In this document: positions 1-10,348 of the stretch, one piece after another
Layout of the letters: every line of letters begins with the position of its first letter
Numbering within the stretch: position 1 is the first letter of the stretch
Assembly (NCBI GenBank): GCA_938084645.1
Contig: CALKEP010000022.1
Span: forward strand, 1-64,000
DNA length: 64,000 bases
Source of the DNA: an uncultured Phycisphaerales bacterium
Lineage (GTDB): Bacteria; Planctomycetota; Phycisphaerae; Phycisphaerales; SM1A02
Direction: 5' to 3'
The notes under the pieces: generated by a model
The model's database searches: none
Seen by the model: only the letters and a program-made list of their open reading frames with translations
What the model was told of the DNA's origin: nothing
Position numbers and translations under genes: made by a program

Positions 1-870
1 GTCGGCCGGAGTCACGAGTGCGACTTTCCATCGTCGGTGGGCGACCGGCCGGTGCTGACCGCGGCCCGGACCACCGCGGATTCCAGTGCGGCGATCGACC
101 TCGAGGTCCGCGAAGCCCTGGGGGGCGCGGGAGAATCCGCGTCGGCGAGCCTCTACCACCTCGACGTCGAGCGACTGATCTCGCTTCGGCCGGACGTGAT
201 CCTCACCCAGGATCTCTGCGAGGTCTGTTCGATCGATCTCGCGACGGTCCGGGGTGCGGCGGCGTCGATGCCCGAGCCGCCGGAGATCGTGAGCCTCGAT
301 CCCCACACCCTGATGGACGTGTTCGACGACCTGTTGACGGTCGGCCGGGCCGTCGGGCGTGAACGCGAGGCCGAAGAGGCGATGGTCAGGGCCCGCGACG
401 GCTACTGGTCCGCGGTCGACTACGTGAACCAGTACGTGCCGGGCCCGGAGACGCTCTTCCTCGAGTGGATGGACCCTCCGTTCGTGGGGGGGCACTGGAC
501 GCCGGGGCTCATCGAGGAGGCGGGCGGTCGGCATTCACTCAATCAGGTCGGTGCGAAGAGTCGGCAGGTCACGCCCGACGAAATCGTCGCGGCGGCGCCG
601 GAGCGGATCGTGGTGTGTCCGTGCGGCTACGACCTGGATGCCATTCGTCGCGAACTTCCCACGCTCCAGGCCTCGGACTGGTGGCGGGAACTTCCCGCGG
701 TGCGGAACGGAGCGGCGAATGCGGTGGTCATGGTCGACGGGAACGCGATGTTCAATCGTCCGGGCCCACGCCTGGTGGACGCCTTCCGGTGGTTGGTGTC
801 CTGGTTCAACGACCGGTCGGAGGTCCTGCCGGCCGGATTCCCCGTCCAAGCGATTCCCCCGGCATCCTGA
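1..870 (+). CDS. Cobalamin/Fe-siderophore-type ABC transporter substrate-binding protein (BtuF-like), 5' truncated by window edge
   Basis: Frame 1 is open from base 1 (VGRSHECDFP, matching the family N-terminal motif), then LRPDVILTQDLCEVC, EWMDPPFVGGHW and FNRPGPRLVD. Confidence 0.8.
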   Translation, partial: VGRSHECDFPSSVGDRPVLTAARTTADSSAAIDLEVREALGGAGESASASLYHLDVERLISLRPDVILTQDLCEVCSIDLATVRGAAASMPEPPEIVSLDPHTLMDVFDDLLTVGRAVGREREAEEAMVRARDGYWSAVDYVNQYVPGPETLFLEWMDPPFVGGHWTPGLIEEAGGRHSLNQVGAKSRQVTPDEIVAAAPERIVVCPCGYDLDAIRRELPTLQASDWWRELPAVRNGAANAVVMVDGNAMFNRPGPRLVDAFRWLVSWFNDRSEVLPAGFPVQAIPPAS

Positions 871-923
871 CGGGTCGTGGATCCGATCCTGCCCGTTCGG
901 CAGTCCCGGACGCCTTGAATGCC

Positions 924-941
924 CGAAAAACCGGTTTTTCG
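924..941. promoter_or_regulatory. Perfect 18-bp palindrome upstream of the clpB promoter (candidate operator or DNA-bending site)
   Basis: CGAAAAACCGGTTTTTCG is self-complementary and AT-rich in a GC-rich context. Confidence 0.4.
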
Positions 942-974
942 CCGCCGCGCAGTGGCCTGGCGCCGCGTTCGAAT

Positions 975-990
975 CGGCACGCAAGTTGCG
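975..990 (+). promoter_or_regulatory. Sigma54-type -24/-12 promoter of clpB
   Basis: CGGCACGCAAGTTGCG matches TGGCACG-N4-TTGC with exact GG-N10-GC spacing, about 65 nt before the ATG. Confidence 0.65.
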
Positions 991-1054
991 ACCAGTGCAG
1001 GACATCGACGATCCGAGGTTTCGATCCCGGGCGTCGTGAATGGAGCTTTGACAC

Positions 1055-3712
1055 ATGCAGATGGACCGATTCACCACCCTCGCCCAGGAGGTTCTTTCCA
1101 ACGCCCAGTCGCTCGCGACCGGCCGCAGCCACGGCGAACTCACGCCGCTCCACATCCTCACCGCGATGGTCGAGGATCGGAACGGCGTCGCCTCGTCGAT
1201 TCTCGCGAAGGCGGGACTTCAGGCGGAGCGGATCCGCGACGTCGCGGAGGCGGAACTGGGACGACGACCGCAGGCGACCGGCACCCAGCCGCGGACCGCG
1301 AACGCCACGATGGAGGTCCTGCAACGGGCCGAACGTGAAGCGAAGGAACGAAAGGACGCCTACGTCTCCACCGAGCACCTGCTGCTCGGGTTGATGGAAG
1401 TCCCCGGCGACGCCCGGGAGGTGCTGGAGAGTTGTGGCGCGAACCGGGCGGCGATCGACGCCGCGATCGACGGGATCCGGAAGGCCTCCGGCGTCTCCCA
1501 GGTCAACGACCCCGACGCGGAAAGCAATTTCGAGGCGCTCAAGAAGTACGCGATCGACCTGAACGAGCGGGCCGCGGCCGGAAAGATCGATCCGGTGATC
1601 GGTCGGGACGAGGAGATCCGGCGTTGCATGCAGGTGCTTTCGCGTCGGACCAAGAACAACCCCGTGCTGATCGGCGAGCCGGGGGTCGGCAAGACCGCGA
1701 TCGCGGAAGGCCTCGCCATCCGCATCGTCGATCACGACTGTCCCGAAGGCATGCGAAGCGCGCGGATCATGGCCCTCGACGTCGGGCAGCTCCTCGCGGG
1801 CGCGAAGTTCCGGGGCGAGTTCGAGGAGCGACTCAAGGCCGTCCTGCGCGAAGTCGCCGCCGCGGAAGGTTCGATCATCCTCTTCATCGACGAATTGCAC
1901 ACCATCGTCGGGGCCGGCCAGGCCGACGGCGCGGTCAGCGCCGGCAACCTGCTCAAGCCCGCGCTGGCGCGGGGCGAACTCCGATGCATCGGCGCGACGA
2001 CGCTCGACGAGTATCGCAAGCACATCGAGAAGGACGCCGCCTTCGCCCGGCGTTTCCAGCCGGTGCTGGTGGGAGAGCCGAGCGTCGAGGACACCATCGC
2101 GATTCTTCGTGGACTCAAGCCGCGATACGAGGCGCATCACGGCGTCCGGATCCAGGACGGTGCGCTGGTGAACGCGGCCCGTCTGAGCGATCGATACATC
2201 AGCGATCGATTCCTGCCGGACAAGGCCATCGATCTGCTCGACGAGGCGAGTTCGAAGCTCCGGATCGAGAACGACTCGATGCCGACCGAGCTGGACGAAC
2301 TGCGTCGTCGGATCATGCAGCTGGAGATCGAGCGGGAGGCCCTGAAGCTGGAGAGCCAGAAGGATCAGGACGCTCGGAAGCGGCTCGACGCGATCGTCGA
2401 GGAACTCGCGTCCCTGGAGGAGCGCAACCAGGCGCTCACCGCGAAGTGGGAGATCGAGAAGGGGGACCTCGACGCGATCAAGGGGGTCAAGGCGGAGATC
2501 GATCGAAAGCAGACCGAGCTCGAGCAGGCGAAGCGCCTCGGCGACTTCGAGGCTGCGAGCCGCATCCAGTACGGGGACCTTCGGCAACTCGACGAACAGC
2601 TCGACGCGGCGGAACAGGCGCTGCGCGAACGCGAGGCGGCGGGCGACGCGATGGTGAAGGAGGAGGTCGACAGCGAGATGATCGCCGCGGTCATCGCCCG
2701 TTGGACCGGAATTCCGGTGGACCGTCTGGTCGAGGGTGAACGCGAGAAGCTCCTTCGCATGGAATCCGTGCTCGAGGGTCGGGTGGTCGGTCAGTCACCG
2801 GCGGTCCGGGCGGTGAGCGAGGCCGTCCGGCGAAGTCGGGCTGGCCTGGGCGAGTCGAACCGTCCGATCGGATCGTTCCTCTTCCTCGGTCCCACCGGAG
2901 TGGGCAAGACCGAACTCTGCAAGGCGCTGGCGTCGTTCCTCTTCGACACCGAGGAGGCGATGGTCCGCATCGACATGAGCGAGTACATGGAGCAGCACGC
3001 GGTCGCGCGACTGATCGGTGCGCCTCCGGGATACGTGGGGTACGAAGAGGGCGGGCGTCTCACCGAGGCGGTTCGGCGACGGCCCTATTCGGTGGTGCTC
3101 TTCGACGAGATGGAGAAGGCCCACCCCGACGTCTCCAACGTCCTGCTCCAGGTGCTCGACGACGGTCGACTCACCGACGGCCAGGGTCGGACCGTCGACT
3201 TCTCGAACACCATCATCGTCATGACCAGCAACATCGGCAGTCACCAGATCCTCGAGATGACCGAGGGTGGCGCGGTGCACGAGGAGATCGAGGTCCACGT
3301 GAAGGATCTCCTCAAGCAGCATCTTCGCCCCGAGCTGATCAACCGGATCGACGACACCGTGATCTTCCACCAGCTCGGCCGGGAGCAGTTGGAGGGCATC
3401 GTCGGGATCCAGGTGGCGCTGGTTCGGCAGCGGCTCGCGGATCGGGGCCTCGGCCTCGAGATCGACGCCGATGCGATGCACGCACTCGCGGCGGAGGGAT
3501 TCGATCCGCAGTTCGGCGCGCGGCCGCTCAAGCGGGTCATCCAGCAGCGCATCGAGAATCCCATCGCGACGCGGATCCTCTCCGGTGCGTACGAGGAGGG
3601 TGACACCATCCTGGTGTCGATCTCCGCGGAGCAGTTCGAGTTCGATCGACGCCCGGCGCCGCCGTCCGATTCCGAGCCGGAGGTCCTGGAGGCGGAACTC
3701 GTCGAGGACTGA
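1055..3712 (+). CDS. clpB: ATP-dependent chaperone ClpB
   Basis: Clp N-domain, two AAA+ modules ([16 protein letters not shown]), coiled-coil middle domain, GYVGYEEGG pore loop, FGARPLKR. Confidence 0.97.
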   Translation: MQMDRFTTLAQEVLSNAQSLATGRSHGELTPLHILTAMVEDRNGVASSILAKAGLQAERIRDVAEAELGRRPQATGTQPRTANATMEVLQRAEREAKERKDAYVSTEHLLLGLMEVPGDAREVLESCGANRAAIDAAIDGIRKASGVSQVNDPDAESNFEALKKYAIDLNERAAAGKIDPVIGRDEEIRRCMQVLSRRTKNNPVLIGEPGVGKTAIAEGLAIRIVDHDCPEGMRSARIMALDVGQLLAGAKFRGEFEERLKAVLREVAAAEGSIILFIDELHTIVGAGQADGAVSAGNLLKPALARGELRCIGATTLDEYRKHIEKDAAFARRFQPVLVGEPSVEDTIAILRGLKPRYEAHHGVRIQDGALVNAARLSDRYISDRFLPDKAIDLLDEASSKLRIENDSMPTELDELRRRIMQLEIEREALKLESQKDQDARKRLDAIVEELASLEERNQALTAKWEIEKGDLDAIKGVKAEIDRKQTELEQAKRLGDFEAASRIQYGDLRQLDEQLDAAEQALREREAAGDAMVKEEVDSEMIAAVIARWTGIPVDRLVEGEREKLLRMESVLEGRVVGQSPAVRAVSEAVRRSRAGLGESNRPIGSFLFLGPTGVGKTELCKALASFLFDTEEAMVRIDMSEYMEQHAVARLIGAPPGYVGYEEGGRLTEAVRRRPYSVVLFDEMEKAHPDVSNVLLQVLDDGRLTDGQGRTVDFSNTIIVMTSNIGSHQILEMTEGGAVHEEIEVHVKDLLKQHLRPELINRIDDTVIFHQLGREQLEGIVGIQVALVRQRLADRGLGLEIDADAMHALAAEGFDPQFGARPLKRVIQQRIENPIATRILSGAYEEGDTILVSISAEQFEFDRRPAPPSDSEPEVLEAELVED

Positions 3713-3748
3713 GCCGGTGCGGGGCGGCCCAGCGGCTAGGCTGCAGGC

Positions 3749-6067
3749 ATGCTTGAATCCCGTCACCGCTTCCTCGCCGCATGGCTCGCCGTGGTCCCCG
3801 TCCTCCTCGGAGTCGTCTCCGGCGATGCTCGAGGCCAGGACCCGTCCGGGCCGCTCACCGTCGAGCGGATCTACGGATCCGGCGAGTTCTCGGCGGAGGG
3901 CTTCGGTCCGGTCCGGTGGTTGGAGGACGGCGGCTACACCGTGCTCGAACGCGACGACGACGGCCAGTCGGAGATCGCCCGATACGACCCTGAAACCGGA
4001 CGACGAACGGTGCTCGTGCCGGCGGCCAGCCTGACGCCCGCGGGTGCGTCACGTTCGATTCCGATCGCGGACTACCGGTGGTCCGATGATGGCCGGAAGC
4101 TGCTCGTGTTCACGAACACCCGACGGGTCTGGCGACAGCATTCCCGCGGGGACTTCTGGGTGCTCGACCTCGCCGACGATTCGTTTCGACGGATCGGCGG
4201 GGACCTGGAGCGGACCTGGTTCCAGTTCGCGAAGTTCTCCCCGTCCGGCGACGCGGTCGCGTTCGTGCATCGAAACGATCTCTGGGTCGAGTCGCTCGAC
4301 GGTGGCGCTCCGGTGCCGCTGACCACCGACGGATCGGCGACCCGCATCAACGGAACCTTCGACTGGGTCTACGAGGAGGAGTGGTCGCTTCGTGACGGAT
4401 TCCGCTGGAGTCCGGACGGGCGACGGATCGCGTTCTGGCAGATCGACGACGACGGAGTCGAACGCTTTCCGCTGGTGGATCTGGTGGCCGGTCCGTATCC
4501 CGACATCAAGTGGATCCACTACCCCAAGGCGGGCACCACCAATCCCAAGTGCCGGGTCGGCGTCGTCGACGTGGTTCGCGACCCTGCCGCCGCGACCGGC
4601 CGTGAGCGCATCGGTCCGGGTGGCGACGTCCGCTGGCTCGATCTTCCCGGCGATCTGCGCGACGACTACGTCGCCCGCATGGAATGGACGCCCGACGGCC
4701 ATCTGCTGATCCAGCGGGTCAATCGACGACAGGACACCGTGACCGTGCTCGACGTCGATCCCGTCGACTGGAATCCCCGGGTGGTGTTCGAGGATCGCGA
4801 CGACGCCTGGGTCGAGATCTGCGACGACGTGGTCTGGCTCGACGAGGACGGCCGGCGGTTCACGTGGACGAGCGAGCGTGGCGGGTGGCGGCAGGTCTGG
4901 ATCGTCGATCGCGACGGTGGGGAACCGATCTGTCTCACCCCGCGACCCGAGGACGTGACGTCCGTGCTCAAGATCGATCCGGTCGGTGATCGGCTCTGGT
5001 TCCTCGCCGCCCCCGACGATCCCACCCGGCGATACCTGCACGTGCAGTCGCTCTCGGGCGGCGAGCCCCGGCGCGTGACCCCGGCGGACCAGCCGGGCTG
5101 GCACGACTACCAGATCTCCGGCGACGGTCGCTTCGCGATCCACCGCTGGTCGTCGAGCACGGTGCCGCCGCAGGTCGAGCTGGTGCGACTTCCCGGGCAC
5201 GAGGTCGTCGATCACTTTCCCGCCGTCCGCAACGAAGGGCTCGCGGCGAAGATCGAAGGGCTTTCGCCGGTCGAGCGTTCGTTCTTCGAGGTCGAACTCC
5301 CCGACGGGACCACGCTCGACGGTTGGATGATGTTCCCCCCGGACTTCGATCCCGACGCGGGGCGCTGGCCCTTGTTGATGTACGTCTACGGGGAGCCCGC
5401 GGCCACCACCGTGAACGATCGATGGGATGGCGGCAATCTCTGGCATCGACTGCTGGCCGAACGGGGATACGTGGTCGCGAGCGTCGACAACCGCGGCACG
5501 CCCGCGCCCAAGGGACGGGCGTGGCGGAAGAGCGTCTACGGCGAGGTCGGCGTGCTGGCATCGCAGGATCAGGCGGACGCGGTCCGGGCGCTGCTCGCGA
5601 CCCACGACTGGCTCGATCCCGAACGGGTGGGCAGCTGGGGATGGTCGGGTGGCGGGTCGATGACGTTGAACGCGTTGTTCCGTCACCCCGAGCTCTACGC
5701 GGCGGGAATCGCCGTGGCCTTCGTCTCCGATCAGCGGTTCTACGACACGATCTACCAGGAACGTTTCATGAACACGCCGCAGGCCAATCCCGAGGGCTAT
5801 CGGGCGGGCTCGCCGATCCATCACGCGGCGGGACTCGAAGATCCGGTGCTGCTCGTCTACGGCACCGGCGACGACAACTGCCACTACCAGAACCTCGAAG
5901 CCCTGGTCGACGAACTGGTCCGGCACGGCAAGCCGTTCGACCAGTTGTCCTATCCCAACCGAAGCCACGGAATCCATGAAGGCGCGGGGACCACCCGGCA
6001 CCTGCGAAACTCGATGCTTCGCTGGTGGCACCGCAACCTCGCGCCCGGCCCGCGGTCTGCGGAATGA
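3749..6067 (+). CDS. S9B family dipeptidyl-peptidase IV-like serine peptidase, secreted
   Basis: Signal peptide, DWVYEEE motif, nucleophile GWSGGG, DDNCH and SHGI catalytic-triad motifs. Confidence 0.92.
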   Translation: MLESRHRFLAAWLAVVPVLLGVVSGDARGQDPSGPLTVERIYGSGEFSAEGFGPVRWLEDGGYTVLERDDDGQSEIARYDPETGRRTVLVPAASLTPAGASRSIPIADYRWSDDGRKLLVFTNTRRVWRQHSRGDFWVLDLADDSFRRIGGDLERTWFQFAKFSPSGDAVAFVHRNDLWVESLDGGAPVPLTTDGSATRINGTFDWVYEEEWSLRDGFRWSPDGRRIAFWQIDDDGVERFPLVDLVAGPYPDIKWIHYPKAGTTNPKCRVGVVDVVRDPAAATGRERIGPGGDVRWLDLPGDLRDDYVARMEWTPDGHLLIQRVNRRQDTVTVLDVDPVDWNPRVVFEDRDDAWVEICDDVVWLDEDGRRFTWTSERGGWRQVWIVDRDGGEPICLTPRPEDVTSVLKIDPVGDRLWFLAAPDDPTRRYLHVQSLSGGEPRRVTPADQPGWHDYQISGDGRFAIHRWSSSTVPPQVELVRLPGHEVVDHFPAVRNEGLAAKIEGLSPVERSFFEVELPDGTTLDGWMMFPPDFDPDAGRWPLLMYVYGEPAATTVNDRWDGGNLWHRLLAERGYVVASVDNRGTPAPKGRAWRKSVYGEVGVLASQDQADAVRALLATHDWLDPERVGSWGWSGGGSMTLNALFRHPELYAAGIAVAFVSDQRFYDTIYQERFMNTPQANPEGYRAGSPIHHAAGLEDPVLLVYGTGDDNCHYQNLEALVDELVRHGKPFDQLSYPNRSHGIHEGAGTTRHLRNSMLRWWHRNLAPGPRSAE

Positions 6068-6326
6068 TCCGAGACGCGTGAGCATCGTGATTCGGCGATC
6101 GGATATCGGTCTTCACCCCTTGTGACAGACCGCAGGACCGGCGCATTCGTGCAGGCGACGCCGCGCCGATCCGCACATCCCGCACCGCCGCGCGTCCGCC
6201 TGATCTCTGGCGTGTCCGGCGCTTGCCTCGCGATTCCCGCGGGGCACCCTTGTCATGTCGTCAATGGATGCGGGCACCTGTGGTCCGGATCGGATTCGAG
6301 AGAGACGACGCAAGGAAATCGAAGAC

Positions 6327-7190
6327 ATGAAGATCAGCACCTTTGTTCTGTTGTGCAGCCTGCCCGCTTCGGTCGCCGCCGCGGACGTGATCGAGCTCGA
6401 CCTCGGTCGAATCCGTTTCAACGGCGAAACCAGCGACTACACCTACGACGGATCACACGGGGATCTGATGGGCACCGACATCGACGGTGAACAGCACCTT
6501 CGAACCGTCGCCACCGTCGATCTCGGCACGCTCTTCTCGCGGATGGACATGGGATCGATCGCGTGGATCCGAATCCAGGACACCGGAGAGAACTCCTACG
6601 TCGCGGGTTCGAGTCCCGGCGCGGACATCGACCTCTTCGCGGTGGCCGGGCGACCGGACGGCATTTCGACGACCTACGCCTACGAGGGCCCGAATCCGCT
6701 CTATCAGGACTTCAACAGTGGACAGCTCGCGTCGGAGGTCGACACCCTCGACATGGAGTACGGCGGCGGTGACCATTCGCCCTGGTGGGTGGCGCTGGGT
6801 GATTCCGGTTCGCTGACCATGCATTTCGACGGTTGGCCCCCGGCCGGCGATCCGGGTGGCGAGGACGATTCGAGCGGCGGCGGTGGGGATCCGGGGGACG
6901 GCGGTGACCCGGGTGGTGATCCGGGCGACGTCGAGGACGACGGCCCCGTGTTCGAGGTCAAGTCGCCCACCGACGAGATCCGGAAGCCGGGCCACGATGG
7001 CGGGATTCTCCTTCCGTCCATCGACCTCTCCGGATTCCAACTCCGGTTGAACGAAGTCTCGCCGACGCCGGAGTGGATCTCCGTCAGCATCGGCTACGAG
7101 ATCGCCGGTTCCCAGCAGGTGGTTCCCGGACCGGCGATGCTCCCCGCCGTGTTCGGCGCCGCCGCCCTCGTTCGTCGTCGTCGACGATGA
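6327..7190 (+). CDS. PEP-CTERM-like sorting-domain surface protein
   Basis: AAGGA SD, signal peptide MKISTFVLLCSLPASVAAA, Gly/Asp-rich GDPGG repeats, C-terminal VPGP + hydrophobic helix + RRRRR. Confidence 0.75.
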   Translation: MKISTFVLLCSLPASVAAADVIELDLGRIRFNGETSDYTYDGSHGDLMGTDIDGEQHLRTVATVDLGTLFSRMDMGSIAWIRIQDTGENSYVAGSSPGADIDLFAVAGRPDGISTTYAYEGPNPLYQDFNSGQLASEVDTLDMEYGGGDHSPWWVALGDSGSLTMHFDGWPPAGDPGGEDDSSGGGGDPGDGGDPGGDPGDVEDDGPVFEVKSPTDEIRKPGHDGGILLPSIDLSGFQLRLNEVSPTPEWISVSIGYEIAGSQQVVPGPAMLPAVFGAAALVRRRRR

Positions 7191-7238
7191 ATCGGGTTCC
7201 GTCGCGAAACCGCCATGCCCCCCGCTAGAGTGGTGGGC

Positions 7239-8423
7239 ATGGCGGTCTTCACGTATCAGGCCAGGGATGACGGCGGGAAGCGAGTCGACGGACGACAGGA
7301 GGCGACGAACCGCGCCGCCATCGTCTCCGAACTCCAGTCCCGCGGACTCACGCCGATCGCCGTCCGCGAGGCGGCGGTCGCGACGCGTGGCCGACGAAGA
7401 CTCTCCGACCGACGACTCGCGGGCGCCTACGGCCAGCTCGCCGATCTGCTGAATGCGGGGGTGCCGTTGCTTCGATCGCTCGGCCTGGTCGCTCGAGGCA
7501 AGAGCGATCCGCGACTCGCTGCGGCGATGGCGGGGATCGCGGAGCGGGTCTCGGAAGGCGAGCGGCTCGCGGACTCCATGCGTTCGATCGGGGGATTCCC
7601 GGAGATCCACATCGCGATGGTGCAGGCCGGAGAGCGGGGGGGATTCCTCGAAGAGGTGCTCTCGGAGCTCTCGACCTTTCTCGAGCATCAGGCGGAGCGA
7701 CGGGCGACGGTTCTTGGAAACATGATCTACCCCGTGATCCTCCTCCTCGTCGGGGTCGGCGTGATCGTGGCGGCGCTGGTGCTCTTCGTTCCGAAGTTCC
7801 AGGACTTCTTCGGCGAGATGGAGCTTCCCCTCGCGACCCGCATGCTCCTCGGGATGTCCGATCTCGTCACGGGGTGGTGGCCGCTCGCGGTGGTGGGGCT
7901 GGTTGCCGGCGTGGTGGGCTGGATCCTGGTCCGTGACCGGCCCGGCGTCCGACATCACGCGGCGAGATTGCAGTTGCGGCTTCCGCTGGTCGGCGACCTG
8001 GTCCGCACCATGGCGGTCGCCCGATTCACCCGGATGCTCGGAACCCTGCTCGCCAACGGGATTCCCCTGCTGGCGTCGATGAGGATCAGTCGCGAGGCGG
8101 CGGGCAATCCCCTCCTCGCAGATGCGATCGATGCCGCTGCGGAGGCGGTCGGCGGCGGGGAGTCGCTGGCCCGGCCGCTGGAGCAGAGCGGGCTCTTCGG
8201 CGAGGAGGTGGTCGAGATGATCTCGGTCGGTGAAAGCGCGAACAACCTCCCGGTGGTGCTGGTCGGAATCGCCCGGAATGCGGAGCGTCGGACCGACCGG
8301 ATTCTCGGAACGATGCTCAAACTGATGGAGCCGGCGATGCTGCTGGTCCTCGCCGGGGCCGTGATGTTCATCTTCCTGGCCCTCGTCGTGCCGATGATGT
8401 CCTTGAGTTCCCAGATCGACTGA
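7239..8423 (+). CDS. gspF: Type II secretion system F family inner-membrane platform protein (GspF/PilC)
   Basis: MAVFTYQARD start, LLNAGVPLLRSL, MVQAGERGG and MISVGES motifs, two GspF domains with transmembrane helices. Confidence 0.92.
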   Translation: MAVFTYQARDDGGKRVDGRQEATNRAAIVSELQSRGLTPIAVREAAVATRGRRRLSDRRLAGAYGQLADLLNAGVPLLRSLGLVARGKSDPRLAAAMAGIAERVSEGERLADSMRSIGGFPEIHIAMVQAGERGGFLEEVLSELSTFLEHQAERRATVLGNMIYPVILLLVGVGVIVAALVLFVPKFQDFFGEMELPLATRMLLGMSDLVTGWWPLAVVGLVAGVVGWILVRDRPGVRHHAARLQLRLPLVGDLVRTMAVARFTRMLGTLLANGIPLLASMRISREAAGNPLLADAIDAAAEAVGGGESLARPLEQSGLFGEEVVEMISVGESANNLPVVLVGIARNAERRTDRILGTMLKLMEPAMLLVLAGAVMFIFLALVVPMMSLSSQID

Positions 8424-8560
8424 ACCGGCGACCCTCGACGTCCGTGGGGCCGGAACCGAAACCTCCGGAGGCTGGGGCGGTAGACTTTGCCGACCCCCTG
8501 CAGAGGGCACTTCCGGTGGAACGCCACCGGCCGACTTGGAAGCATGGAAGGATCCCAAAG

Positions 8561-9073
8561 ATGTCCCGAACCATTCGACGCCCCCGCCCGGTCCTCCGCC
8601 GAGCCTTCACGATCCTGGAACTCCTGATCGTCATCGGGATTATTCTCGCGATCGGCGGTCTCGTGCTCGTCAACGTGCTGGGGGCGAGTGAAAAGGCCGA
8701 CAAGTCGCTGGTGCAGGCGCAGATCCAGGCCTTCAACCGCGCCCTCGAGCAGTACAAGGTCGAGATGAAGCGATACCCCTCCGAGGAAGAGGGCCTCGTC
8801 GTGCTCTGGGACAAGGAGCAGGTCGAGGATGAAGAGGAGCTCGCGCGTTGGGGCGGCCCCTACCTGAAGGAGCCGAACACGACCGACCTGTGGGGCAACG
8901 AGTGGATTTATCGAAATCCCTCCGAGATCGAGGGCGTCGCCTACGACATCGTCTCGATCGGACCCGACAAGGAGGAGGGCACCGATGACGACATCACCAG
9001 CAACGACGGCAAGTCCGGTGCCGACGGTGAGCCGCTCGACGACTTCAGCGACTTCTCTCCGAGCGGCAGCTGA
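8561..9073 (+). CDS. gspG: Major pseudopilin GspG
   Basis: Prepilin motif RRA|FTILELLIVI, YPSEEEGL..L, WGGPYL, DLWGNEW.Y and SIGPD..GTDDDI motifs. Confidence 0.92.
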   Translation: MSRTIRRPRPVLRRAFTILELLIVIGIILAIGGLVLVNVLGASEKADKSLVQAQIQAFNRALEQYKVEMKRYPSEEEGLVVLWDKEQVEDEEELARWGGPYLKEPNTTDLWGNEWIYRNPSEIEGVAYDIVSIGPDKEEGTDDDITSNDGKSGADGEPLDDFSDFSPSGS

Positions 9074-9851
9074 CCGCGGAACCGCCGCGGTCCGCCGCGG
9101 CCTCACCCTGCTCGAGATTCTCGTGGTCATATCGATCCTCCTGGCGGCGGGGGCGATCGTCGTGCCGTTCACGCTCGGTGAACTGGAGCGACGGCAGGCC
9201 GCCTTCCTCGAAGACCGACTTTCGATGCTGGTCCAGTTCGCACGGGTCGAGTCCCGACGAGGCGGTGTTCCGATCGAAGTCCTGGTCGACGCCGACGGAC
9301 GACGGGTGGAGGCGCGGCGACTCGACGTCTCCCGTCTCGACGAAGGTGGGATCTCCGCATCCGGCGCATTGGAAGAACTGCCGGTCGGCGAAGCGGCCGG
9401 CGATGCCGGCGACTCGGATCGATTCGTCTCCGCGTGGGCGCGACACGAGTTGGAGGATGGACGCCTGGTCCCGCCCGCCACGGAGGCGGAAAGGGGCTTC
9501 GACGTCGCCGACGCCTTCGCCAACCTGGAGTTCGAGTCGGGCGATGACGATGGATCGCGGTTCGAAGCCGAGGAGGATCCATGGGCCGGCCGGGTGCGGC
9601 TCGCGGTCTTCTTCCCCGACGGGACTTCGGTGACCACGACGCCCGCGGTCCTGCAGACATCCCGCGGTGAGCGTCGTTGGACCATCGATCCGTGGAGCGG
9701 GCGATCGACCTTCGAGTCCGGCGCCGCGACGACCGTGGGGGATGCGGAACCGTTCGACGAGGCAGGCGACGAGCTGGATGACGCGGGCGAACTCGAGGGC
9801 TTCGGCCCGCCGGATGCGGACGACGGGTTCGAAGCGGGGGCTCGGCCGTGA
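8985..9851 (+). CDS. Minor pseudopilin, GspH-like (start codon uncertain; overlaps gspG)
   Basis: RRG|LTLLEILVVISI prepilin motif, FFPDG motif, strong SD before ATG 8985. Confidence 0.75.
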   Translation: MTTSPATTASPVPTVSRSTTSATSLRAAADRGTAAVRRGLTLLEILVVISILLAAGAIVVPFTLGELERRQAAFLEDRLSMLVQFARVESRRGGVPIEVLVDADGRRVEARRLDVSRLDEGGISASGALEELPVGEAAGDAGDSDRFVSAWARHELEDGRLVPPATEAERGFDVADAFANLEFESGDDDGSRFEAEEDPWAGRVRLAVFFPDGTSVTTTPAVLQTSRGERRWTIDPWSGRSTFESGAATTVGDAEPFDEAGDELDDAGELEGFGPPDADDGFEAGARP

Positions 9852-10348
9852 TGCTCCGGAATCCGATCGCCGGGCGTCGACGCGGGGGGCTTCTGCTCGA
9901 GACGCTCGTCGCGGTGGCCATCTTCGTCGGCGTCGCGACGTTCTCGCTCGCCGCGGTCCGAGACGGCATCGCGGCCGCCGAGCGTGCCCGCATGCGACTC
10001 GTGGCGGTCGGGCTCGCGAGCAGCCGCATCGCCGAGGTCGAAGCGGGACTCGTGTCACCGTGGACGGTGGGCGAGGCCGACGGAACGGACGGAGAATCGA
10101 CACTCGAAGCCGAGGGTTCGCCGCTGCGATTGGAGATGGAGGCCGGGCCATCGAGTTTCGACGGACTCGTCCGCGTGGTCGTGAGCGTCTGGGAGCAGGA
10201 GGCCGATTCGTCGTCCGCGGACCCGCCGCGTCGGTTGGCGCGCCTGGTGGCGTTGGTGCCGGACGTCCTCGGCGACGCGGGAGTCGAGGGCGGGGACGTC
10301 GAGGACGCAGCCTCGCCTCCGGAGTCCACGCAGGAGGTCCGACCATGA
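9848..10348 (+). CDS. Minor pseudopilin, GspI-like
   Basis: RRRGG|LLLETLVAVAIF prepilin-like N-terminus, GLVRVVVSV strand, overlaps the previous stop codon. Confidence 0.7.
   Translation: MMLRNPIAGRRRGGLLLETLVAVAIFVGVATFSLAAVRDGIAAAERARMRLVAVGLASSRIAEVEAGLVSPWTVGEADGTDGESTLEAEGSPLRLEMEAGPSSFDGLVRVVVSVWEQEADSSSADPPRRLARLVALVPDVLGDAGVEGGDVEDAASPPESTQEVRP

Noticed and set aside
914..945. Sigma32 promoter for clpB (CTTGAA at 914)
   Set aside because: No CCCCAT-like -10 element at the required spacing
6068..6326. Possible riboswitch or ncRNA upstream of the PEP-CTERM-like gene
   Set aside because: No recognisable conserved riboswitch motif or convincing stable structure by eye
6840..6935. Short GATCCGGG-type DNA repeats as a possible CRISPR or VNTR
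   Set aside because: They encode the GDPGG low-complexity linker of the PEP-CTERM-like protein; no repeat-spacer structure and no cas genes
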